Assembly: GCA_038143065.1 (NCBI GenBank)
Contig: JAYQLI010000035.1
Location: 2,336,894-2,400,893 of the forward strand
Source: Rhodospirillales bacterium
GTDB lineage: Bacteria > Pseudomonadota > Alphaproteobacteria > Bin95
DNA length: 64,000 bases
Direction of reading: 5' to 3'
Positions 56,019-64,000 of the stretch are shown piece by piece (within the stretch, counting starts at the first letter, position 1; every line of letters begins with the position of its first letter). The translations under genes were made by a program, and so were the position numbers. The notes under the pieces were generated by a model. It made no database searches. It was not told the DNA's origin and was given only the letters and a program-made list of their open reading frames with translations.

Positions 56019-56323
56019 TTATTGGACTTGGACATTATCTCGCCGTTGCCGCTGTTTTATTTACTCTTGGCATCTTCGGGATCTTTCTAAATAGAAGAAA
56101 CGTGATCGTTATTCTCATGTCGATCGAATTAATGCTGTTAGCAGTTAATATTAATTTGGTGGCATTTTCTGCTTTCAATGGTGACCTTGCAGGTCAAGCC
56201 TTTGCAGTATTCATTCTCACGGTAGCAGCGGCTGAGGCTGCTATTGGTCTCGCTATTTTAGTTGTGTATTTCCGCAACCGCGGCTCGATTGCGGTTGAAG
56301 ACGTCAATGTGATGAAGGGCTAA
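56015..56323 (+). CDS. nuoK: NADH-quinone oxidoreductase subunit K
   Basis: ILMSIELML and [12 protein letters not shown]. Confidence 0.98.
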   Translation: MIIGLGHYLAVAAVLFTLGIFGIFLNRRNVIVILMSIELMLLAVNINLVAFSAFNGDLAGQAFAVFILTVAAAEAAIGLAILVVYFRNRGSIAVEDVNVMKG

Positions 56324-56330
56324 TAAACCT

Positions 56331-58295
56331 ATGAATGCCCTATACATATTAGCAATTTTCTTGCCCCTTATTGGGGCCTTAATTGCTGGCCTAGGAAACA
56401 GAAAGCTTGGTGACCGAGGAGCTCAGCTTGTTACATCCGGCGGCTTAATTCTGGCAGCTTTGATTTCGTGCTTGGCCTTTGTCGAGGTTGCTCTAGGGCA
56501 TAATCCTAGATCGATCGAGCTTTTTAGATGGATTGATAGTGGTAGCTTTGAGGCAGCTTGGTCGCTGCGTTTTGATACCCTCTCAGTGGTGATGATGTGC
56601 GTCGTGACTATCGTGTCAGCATGCGTGCATGTGTATTCCATTGGGTATATGAGTCACGACCATTCCAAGCCGCGGTTCATGGCCTACCTGTCACTGTTTA
56701 CATTTGCCATGTTGATGTTGGTGACGGCGGACAATCTTGTGCAGATGTTCTTCGGTTGGGAAGGGGTCGGTGTTTGCTCCTATCTTTTAATCGGTTTTTG
56801 GTATGACCGACCAAGTGCAAATGCTGCCGCTATGAAGGCTTTTGTGGTAAATCGTGTTGGTGACTTTGGTTTCGCGCTTGGTATTTTTGGCGTGTTTCTC
56901 TTGTTCGATACTGTGGCATTTGATGCAATCTTTGGCGCAGCGGCCCAGTTCACCGATGCCCGCATCCATTTCTTGGGTATGAACATGGATGCACTCGAAG
57001 TCCTGTGTTTCCTCCTTTTCATTGGAGCTATGGGTAAGTCAGCCCAGCTTGGGCTCCATACATGGTTGCCTGATGCTATGGAAGGGCCTACTCCAGTATC
57101 AGCTCTTATCCATGCTGCCACCATGGTTACGGCAGGGGTGTTCATGGTTTGCCGGCTTTCGCCGATTTTTGAGTATGCTCCAAACGTTCTGGCGTTTGTT
57201 ACCATGATTGGAGCTTTCACAGCCTTCTTTGCAGCGGCAGTTGGATTAACTCAATTTGATATTAAGCGGGTTATTGCTTATTCGACTTGCTCCCAGCTCG
57301 GTTACATGTTCTTCGCGGCTGGCTTGTCAGCTTATCCTGCTGCTATGTTCCATCTTACTACTCACGCGTTTTTCAAGGCTCTTTTGTTCCTTGGTGCAGG
57401 CTCAGTCATCCATGCAATGTCTGACGAGCAAGATATGCGCAAAATGGGTGGGATTAAGAGCCATATAAAACAAACATATATATTGATGTGGATTGGCAGT
57501 CTTGCCTTGGCGGGAGTTGGTATTCCTGGGGTGATTGGATTTGCTGGCTTCTACTCTAAAGATATGATTTTGGAGGTTGCTTGGGGCGCTCATTCGGTTC
57601 CAGGATTTATCGCGTTTACCTTCGGTATTTTGGCTGCTCTTATGACAGCATTTTATTCATGGCGTCTGCTTTTCATGACGGTCCACGGCGCTCCGCGGGC
57701 AGATGAAAAAGTGATGGCGCACGTTCATGAGTCGCCGCCTGTTATGTTATGGCCTCTTTATGTTCTTGCTTTTGGGGCTGTGGTATCAGGTTTAGCACTG
57801 TATGGGCCATTTGTGGGGCATCATTTTCAGGAATTCTGGGGTAATTCAATTGTTATATTGCCTGATGCTAAGGGCGAAACGATTATCGATCATGCTCATC
57901 ATGTGCACTTCCTGGTCAAAGCATCTCCTGTAGTGATTACCTTGCTAGGTATTTGGCTGGCATACCGTTTTTATGTTCAAAAACCTCATCTTCCTGGCGA
58001 GACAGTGCACGCTTTCGAGGGTTTGCATAAGTTATTCTACAATAAATGGTTCTTCGACGAGGCCTATGATTTCTTGTTTGTGAGACCTGCACATTGGCTC
58101 GCGCGGACTTTCTGGAAGCGGGGTGATGTTGGTATTATCGACAGGTTTGGTCCGGACGGAATTTCTGCAATGGCGAAGCGTGCTGCGGAGGCGGCAAGTC
58201 GCCTTCAAACAGGCTACGTCTACCACTACGCATTCGCCATGCTGATAGGGGTCGTTGCCCTTGTCGCTTGGCGGATCATGCAACAAGGGGCCTGA
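56331..58295 (+). CDS. nuoL: NADH-quinone oxidoreductase subunit L
   Basis: WLPDAMEGPTPVSALIHAATMV. Confidence 0.99.
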   Translation: MNALYILAIFLPLIGALIAGLGNRKLGDRGAQLVTSGGLILAALISCLAFVEVALGHNPRSIELFRWIDSGSFEAAWSLRFDTLSVVMMCVVTIVSACVHVYSIGYMSHDHSKPRFMAYLSLFTFAMLMLVTADNLVQMFFGWEGVGVCSYLLIGFWYDRPSANAAAMKAFVVNRVGDFGFALGIFGVFLLFDTVAFDAIFGAAAQFTDARIHFLGMNMDALEVLCFLLFIGAMGKSAQLGLHTWLPDAMEGPTPVSALIHAATMVTAGVFMVCRLSPIFEYAPNVLAFVTMIGAFTAFFAAAVGLTQFDIKRVIAYSTCSQLGYMFFAAGLSAYPAAMFHLTTHAFFKALLFLGAGSVIHAMSDEQDMRKMGGIKSHIKQTYILMWIGSLALAGVGIPGVIGFAGFYSKDMILEVAWGAHSVPGFIAFTFGILAALMTAFYSWRLLFMTVHGAPRADEKVMAHVHESPPVMLWPLYVLAFGAVVSGLALYGPFVGHHFQEFWGNSIVILPDAKGETIIDHAHHVHFLVKASPVVITLLGIWLAYRFYVQKPHLPGETVHAFEGLHKLFYNKWFFDEAYDFLFVRPAHWLARTFWKRGDVGIIDRFGPDGISAMAKRAAEAASRLQTGYVYHYAFAMLIGVVALVAWRIMQQGA

Positions 58296-58298
58296 TTA

Positions 58299-59818
58299 GT
58301 GTCTGGCGCGCCGCTTTTATCTTTAATTACCTTTGGGCCTCTTGTAGGCGCTCTGTTAATTATGCTCTTTGCCCGAGGCGAAGAAAAAGCCAAAAATGCT
58401 CGTTGGGTAGCATTATGGGCTTCAGGTTTTGTATTCCTTATTTCGCTTGTTGCATGGGTACAGTTTGACCCAAGAGCAGTAGGCTTCCAGTTAACTGAAA
58501 AATATGACTGGTTTCCCGAATATAATATAGCGTTTCAGCTTGGTGTGGACGGTCTGTCCTTTTACTTTGTTCTGCTATCGACGTTCCTTACACCCATTTG
58601 TGTTATTGCTTCTTGGACAAGCGTTAACAAGCGAGTGAGCGAATATATGGCAGCTTTCCTCGCTCTTGAAACCTTTATGATTGGGATGTTTTGTGCGCTC
58701 GACCTTATAGCTTTCTATGTCTTTTTCGAGGGTGTCTTGATCCCGATGTTCCTCATCATAGGGGTCTGGGGTGGGGCGCGTCGCATATACGCGTCTTTCA
58801 AGTTTTTCTTGTATACGTTACTCGGCTCAGTGTTGATGCTAGTCGCTATCGTCGCAATGATTGGGATGATAGGTGGTTCTGGTATTGAAGATGCACAGAA
58901 GTTCTCTTTTCCAACCAGTGTCCAAATTTGGCTTTGGTTAGCGTTTTTCGCTTCATTTTCAGTTAAAATGCCAATGTGGCCAGTACATACATGGCTTCCC
59001 GATGCTCATGTGGAAGCGCCGACTGCAGGATCAGTGATTCTAGCTGGGGTTTTGCTTAAGATGGGAGGCTACGGCTTTTTACGCTTCAGTCTTCCCATGT
59101 TCCCTGAAGCATCTGAATTTTTCACCCCGCTTGTGTACTCACTATCAATAATCGCGATCGTTTATACCTCCTTGGTGGCTCTTGCCCAGGAGGATATGAA
59201 GAAGCTCATTGCTTACTCTTCGGTCGCTCATATGGGTTACGTTACTTTGGGGATCTTCACCAATACCCCCAAGGTGTAGAAGGTGCTGTATTTCAAATGC
59301 TGAGTCATGGGATTGTCTCGGCCGCACTTTTCCTTTGCGTGGGCGTTGTTTACGACCGTATGCATACTCGAGAAATTTCGCGTTACGGCGGACTTGTTCA
59401 TCGCATGCCACGGTATGCTCTTGTCATGATGGTATTTACGATGGCCTCAGTGGGCTTGCCTGGAACCAGTGGGTTTGTCGGGGAGTTCTTGGTTTTAGCC
59501 GGTGCGTTTAAAGACAACACCTGGGTTGCAGCCTTAGCGGCAACAGGGCTGATTTTGGGCGCCGCCTATATGTTAATGCTCTACAGACGGGTGATCTTTG
59601 GTCGGCTGGAACATGAAGACCTAAAGTTGATTAATGATCTGAACTGGCGTGAAGTATTGGTCTTTGCGCCAATGATAATTCTCGTTCTTTGGATGGGTAT
59701 CTATCCAGCTACGTTCCTTGATGGAATCCAGATAGCTGCTTCTGAAACTTTACGCAGTTCCGTGGCTACCGCGTCGTCAATTGGTGACGTTGGTACGTTT
59801 TTCGCCTGGTTACGATAG
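58299..59818 (+). CDS. nuoM: NADH-quinone oxidoreductase subunit M (indel at ~59270)
   Basis: [29 protein letters not shown] and [14 protein letters not shown]. Confidence 0.97.
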
Positions 59819-59828
59819 GGGGTTTTGA

Positions 59829-61268
59829 GTGATGTTGGCTATGCCCCTCTTACCTGAAATTTTGTTATCGATTGTCGGAATGTGCCTCCTGTTAATTGGC
59901 GCATTTTCCGGCAACCGTATTGCCAAACCAATGTGCTACATCGTGGCATTGTCACTGGTTGGTTCATTGTTGGTAGGATTTTTAAGTCCTGCAGGAGCCG
60001 CTTTTGGTGGGCTATTTGTTGCGGATAAATTAGCAAGCTTTGCGAAAACCCTGATAGTTATTGGGGCTGTCGCAACGGTCATTATGGCTGCTGGCAGATC
60101 GATATCGGCGGATGGGGTTGGGCCAATGCGCTTTGAGCAGCCGGTGCTAATGCTGTTTGCAACGATTGGTATGATGTTAATGGTCTCTGCCAATGACCTT
60201 ATTTCATTGTACATTGGCTTGGAGCTGCAGAGTTTATCTTTATATGTGCTCGCCGCTATTCGGAGAGATAGCCTGAGAGCCACTGAAGCCGGTCTAAAGT
60301 ACTTCGTTCTAGGAGCTTTATCGTCCGGCATGCTTCTTTATGGGGCTGGTCTTATCTACGGATATACTGGTTCCACTGGGTTTGATTCTATTCAAACTAG
60401 TGTTGCAGAAATGGGGCAGCCGTCTCTTGGATTAGTTGTTGGTATAGTGTTTTTGCTTGCTGGACTTGCCTTTAAGGTGTCGGCAGCGCCATTTCATATG
60501 TGGGTCCCAGATGTGTATGAAGGGGCAGACACTCCGATCACTGCCTTCTTTGCTGCAGCGCCAAAGGCTGCCGCTCTGGCATTGTTTGCCCGAGTGATGG
60601 CCGATCCTCTTGCTGGAGCAGACCAAGCATGGGGCCAAATTGTAGCTGTGATTGCTGGATTGTCGGTTGTTATAGGTGCATTAGGTGCATTGGCTCAGAA
60701 AAATATCAAACGCCTATTGGCTTACAGTTCAATCGGTCATGTCGGCTTTGCATTGATTGGTCTAGCAGCTGCTAGTGAAGCGGGTGTGCGGGGTCTGCTG
60801 ATCTATTCAGCTTTATACCTTTTTATGACACTTGCCGCATTTGCATGCGTTATGGCCATGCGCCGTGGTGGCAGGGCTGTAGAAACCATTGATGATTTAG
60901 CAGGTGCTAGTCGTACTCACCCCTGGATGGCTTTTGGTCTAGCCGCCGTTATGTTTTCTATGGCAGGTATCCCTCCTTTAGCAGGGTTCTTTGGTAAGTT
61001 GTATGTACTTGGCGCAGCAGTGGATTCTGGTTTGTATGTGCTGGCAGTAGTTGGTGTCTTGGCAAGTGTTGTTTCTTGCTTCTATTACATCCGTATTATC
61101 AAGCTGATGTATTTTGATGAGGCAGCCGACGTATTAGATGGTCCGATGCCCAGGGATTTAGGTGTTGTGTTGGCTATTGCGTCCTTGGTGATTTTATTTT
61201 TCATCGTGCTGCCTGGACCAATAGTAACCCAAGCTACTTTAGCCGCTCAGGAACTTCTTCAAAATTGA
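59829..61268 (+). CDS. nuoN: NADH-quinone oxidoreductase subunit N
   Basis: EAGLKYFVLGA, FHMWVPDVYEG and AGIPPLAGF. Confidence 0.98.
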   Translation: MMLAMPLLPEILLSIVGMCLLLIGAFSGNRIAKPMCYIVALSLVGSLLVGFLSPAGAAFGGLFVADKLASFAKTLIVIGAVATVIMAAGRSISADGVGPMRFEQPVLMLFATIGMMLMVSANDLISLYIGLELQSLSLYVLAAIRRDSLRATEAGLKYFVLGALSSGMLLYGAGLIYGYTGSTGFDSIQTSVAEMGQPSLGLVVGIVFLLAGLAFKVSAAPFHMWVPDVYEGADTPITAFFAAAPKAAALALFARVMADPLAGADQAWGQIVAVIAGLSVVIGALGALAQKNIKRLLAYSSIGHVGFALIGLAAASEAGVRGLLIYSALYLFMTLAAFACVMAMRRGGRAVETIDDLAGASRTHPWMAFGLAAVMFSMAGIPPLAGFFGKLYVLGAAVDSGLYVLAVVGVLASVVSCFYYIRIIKLMYFDEAADVLDGPMPRDLGVVLAIASLVILFFIVLPGPIVTQATLAAQELLQN

Positions 61269-62020
61269 TCGACTTACCGCCCGAATGGCGGCTCGAGCTG
61301 TTTGATACAGTCGATAGTACTAATGCCGAAGCTGCCCGTAGAGCCCGAGGCGGTGCTGCCGCTGGGCTGGCGATAGCCTCTTCTTGTCAGACTGCTGGTC
61401 GCGGGAGAAGTGGCCGGAGTTGGTCAACAGCTGGGTCAGATCTCGCTTTGTCGATCTTACTAAGGCCGTCTATGCCTCCTGGTGAGGCGGCAAAGGTAGC
61501 ATTTGTTGCTGCCCTGGCTGTTTATGATTTTGCTGCGGGAATACTACCAAAATCAGTTCCTCTTACCATCAAGTGGCCCAATGATATTCTGATAGGTGAC
61601 GCAAAACTTAGTGGAATTTTGGCGGAGGCTTCTGGTGGGGTAGGAGGTACTGTTGAATGGCTCATAGTTGGTATAGGTGTGAATTTGAGACCAGCAGAGC
61701 GTCCAGAGGCTAAATATCCAATTGATTTAGTGACAGCAGGAGGAAGGGAACTCGCTCTAGAAGATGCAGCAAAAAACCTTCTTTCGGAGTTTGATAAGTG
61801 GCAGAGACGTTGGGTCCTGGATGGCTTTGGGCCAATACGTGAAGCCTGGAAGACCCGAACACATAACCTTGGGAAAACAGTGATTGCCCGGTTGCCTGCT
61901 GAAACAATAGTGGGTAGAGCGGTTGACTTAGCTGATGACGGTGCTCTCATTCTGGCTTTGCAGGATGGTCAAGAGTGCAGAATCACTGCTGGCGATATAT
62001 TTCCAATTGACACGGAGTGA
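61265..62020 (+). CDS. birA: Biotin-[acetyl-CoA-carboxylase] ligase (no HTH domain)
   Basis: DSTN, QTAGRGRSGRSW, KWPND and KLSGIL. Confidence 0.95.
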   Translation: MIDLPPEWRLELFDTVDSTNAEAARRARGGAAAGLAIASSCQTAGRGRSGRSWSTAGSDLALSILLRPSMPPGEAAKVAFVAALAVYDFAAGILPKSVPLTIKWPNDILIGDAKLSGILAEASGGVGGTVEWLIVGIGVNLRPAERPEAKYPIDLVTAGGRELALEDAAKNLLSEFDKWQRRWVLDGFGPIREAWKTRTHNLGKTVIARLPAETIVGRAVDLADDGALILALQDGQECRITAGDIFPIDTE

Positions 62021-62027
62021 GTGATCC

Positions 62028-62801
62028 ATGCTCCTAGCTATCGATGCGGGTAACACCAATACCGTTTTTGCCGTTTATGACGGTGACGAACAACGTGGCC
62101 TTTGGCGAGCTGCAACTGACACTCGAAGGACCGCGGACGAGCATTTTGTCTGGCTAGCGCAGTTGATGGCACTAGAGAATGTTTCGAAAAATGATATTTC
62201 CGCAGCAATTATCTCTACGGTGGTACCGGCGTCACTATTTAATCTCACCCGCCTATGCCAAAGATATTTTGATACTGAGGCATTAGTGGTTGGAGATCCG
62301 AACGTTGACCTTGGCATAAATGTTGAGCTGGAAAACCCTGCAGAGGTGGGTGCCGATAGATTGGTTAACGCAGTAGCGGCTAAATCTGCTTATGAAGGCC
62401 CTTTAATCCTGATTGATTTTGGCACTGCAACGACCTTTGATTTGATTGATAAAGATGGAAATTATCAAGGTGGAATCATAGCACCAGGCGCAAACCTCTC
62501 AATGGAAGCATTGCATATGGCTGCAGCAAAACTTCCATTGGTAGCTGTTCGCCAACCCGCGGAGGTTGTTGGGCGAAATACTGTACAGGCCATGCAGTCG
62601 GGAATCTTTTGGGGCTACGTCGGGCTAATTGAGGGGCTAGTCAGTCGTATTCGAAGTGAGGTTGCCGACCCAGAACTTCGAGCCATTGCGACAGGTGGTC
62701 TTGCGCCGCTTTTTAATGGAGCCACAGATGCTATCTATGACGTAGACCGAGATCTTACCCTACGGGGGCTCCTTGAAATTTATGAACGGAATGCAAAGTG
62801 A
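62028..62801 (+). CDS. coaX: Type III pantothenate kinase
   Basis: [23 protein letters not shown] and ATGG. Confidence 0.96.
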   Translation: MLLAIDAGNTNTVFAVYDGDEQRGLWRAATDTRRTADEHFVWLAQLMALENVSKNDISAAIISTVVPASLFNLTRLCQRYFDTEALVVGDPNVDLGINVELENPAEVGADRLVNAVAAKSAYEGPLILIDFGTATTFDLIDKDGNYQGGIIAPGANLSMEALHMAAAKLPLVAVRQPAEVVGRNTVQAMQSGIFWGYVGLIEGLVSRIRSEVADPELRAIATGGLAPLFNGATDAIYDVDRDLTLRGLLEIYERNAK

Positions 62802-64000
62802 CCACAGAAAATATTGATCTTCCAACCCCTGGGAGCGACGAAGTTTTGTTCGTGGCTCTTGGTGGCTTAGGCGAAATAGGTATGAATCTTGCGTTGTATG
62901 GTCACGACGACGCATGGGTTGCAGTAGATATGGGCGTTACTTTTGGTGATGAGGATACTCCAGGAGTTGACGTTATCGTACCTGATATCAGTGTAATTGA
63001 CGGACTTGGTGATAAGCTAAAAGGCGTCATAATTACTCACGCGCATGAAGATCATATCGGCGGAATACCGTACCTGGCAGGGCGCTTCAAATGCCCAGTG
63101 TTTTGTTCACCATTTGCAGCTGCTTTCCTCCGAAGAAAATTAGAGGACGATGGTGGAAGGCGCGCGAAGAGAGTGAAAATTGTTGAAATTCCATCAGGGG
63201 GTCGGCGTGGCGTTGGTCCTTTTGATGTAGAACTGATTCCTATGCCTCATTCCATCCCAGAGGCACACTTGACAGCTCTCCGATCGCAGAAAGGGTTAGT
63301 TGTACATACCGGTGATTGGAAATTAGATCCTGATCCGGTCATTGGCCACCCAGTTGACGAACGAAGATTAGCCAATCTGGGGAAAGAGGGGGTTTTGGCC
63401 CTTGTTTGCGATTCAACGAACGCTCTTAGGGAAGGTTGGACTGGAAGCGAAGGGGAGCTAACATCTTCTCTAACGGAAATCGTTGCATCCTCTGACAGAA
63501 GAGTTCTGTTTGCTTGTTTTTCATCTAACGTTGCTAGGTTAAGAACAATTGCCCTCGCTGCGCAGGCAGCTGGGCGAGAGATTGGACTCGTAGGCCGTTC
63601 TCTCTGGCGAATGCATGATGTGGCTGGAGGCCTTGGTTATCTCAAAGGCTTGCCTACATTTTTGCGCGAAGATGAATTGGGTCGCCTGCCGCCTAATAGG
63701 ATGGTTGCCATTTGCACTGGAAGCCAAGGTGAGCCTAGAGCCGCTCTGCACCGTATCGTTGACGGGCAGCATCGACATATAGAAGTTGATCCTGCAGATA
63801 AGGTCATATTTTCGTCTCGTGATATTCCTGGAAATGAAAAAGCTATCGGACGTTTGCAGAATCGTTTGGTTGCAATGGGAGTGGATGTGAGCACTGATGG
63901 AACTGCAAAGGTTCATGTCTCCGGTCACCCAGCAAGAGATGAACTTAGACACCTATACAGTTTATTAAAGCCAGCACGACTCCTTCCTGCGCATGGCGAA
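62798..64000 (+). CDS. rnj: Ribonuclease J (partial, runs off the window end; absent from the ORF track)
   Basis: Translation from GTG 62798 gives [46 protein letters not shown]. Confidence 0.95.
   Translation, partial: MTTENIDLPTPGSDEVLFVALGGLGEIGMNLALYGHDDAWVAVDMGVTFGDEDTPGVDVIVPDISVIDGLGDKLKGVIITHAHEDHIGGIPYLAGRFKCPVFCSPFAAAFLRRKLEDDGGRRAKRVKIVEIPSGGRRGVGPFDVELIPMPHSIPEAHLTALRSQKGLVVHTGDWKLDPDPVIGHPVDERRLANLGKEGVLALVCDSTNALREGWTGSEGELTSSLTEIVASSDRRVLFACFSSNVARLRTIALAAQAAGREIGLVGRSLWRMHDVAGGLGYLKGLPTFLREDELGRLPPNRMVAICTGSQGEPRAALHRIVDGQHRHIEVDPADKVIFSSRDIPGNEKAIGRLQNRLVAMGVDVSTDGTAKVHVSGHPARDELRHLYSLLKPARLLPAHGE

Noticed and set aside
63539-63952. Minus-strand ORFs at the window end, and similar short antisense ORFs throughout
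   Set aside because: They are shadows of well-supported genes (here RNase J on the plus strand) and show no recognisable motifs.

Overview
This 64 kb window comes from an alphaproteobacterial chromosome, probably a Rhodospirillales-like environmental lineage. Housekeeping blocks flank a ~20 kb accessory catabolic region. The left block holds the egtB 3' end, egtD, pheT-pheS-rplT-rpmI, soxD-A-G without soxB, atpI-B-E-G-F, smc, dsbA and tRNA-Thr(UGU). The accessory region (~17.4-37.5 kb) encodes a lactonase, a Baeyer-Villiger monooxygenase, SDR and GMC oxidoreductases, three AhpD/CMD-family proteins, a CoA transferase/racemase, an acyl-CoA ligase, an F420:NADPH reductase, prpB, two prpD-family genes, prpF and a COG0212 cyclo-ligase paralog. 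The right block holds an Lhr-like helicase, a NYN protein, tusA, gcvT-H-PA-PB under a tandem glycine riboswitch, nuoA-N, birA, coaX and a partial rnj. About 20 genes, including essential ones, are broken by single-base indels, so the sequence looks like error-prone long-read data rather than genuine decay. The most notable signal is an AhpD/CMD-family gene (26176-26787, minus strand) with an in-frame TGA at the second cysteine of the catalytic CxxCxxxH motif (CFY*IPTH), followed by a bacterial SECIS-like hairpin. It is a probable selenoprotein hidden as two ORFs inside an uncharacterised catabolic cluster. No CRISPR array, integrase or transposase was seen.
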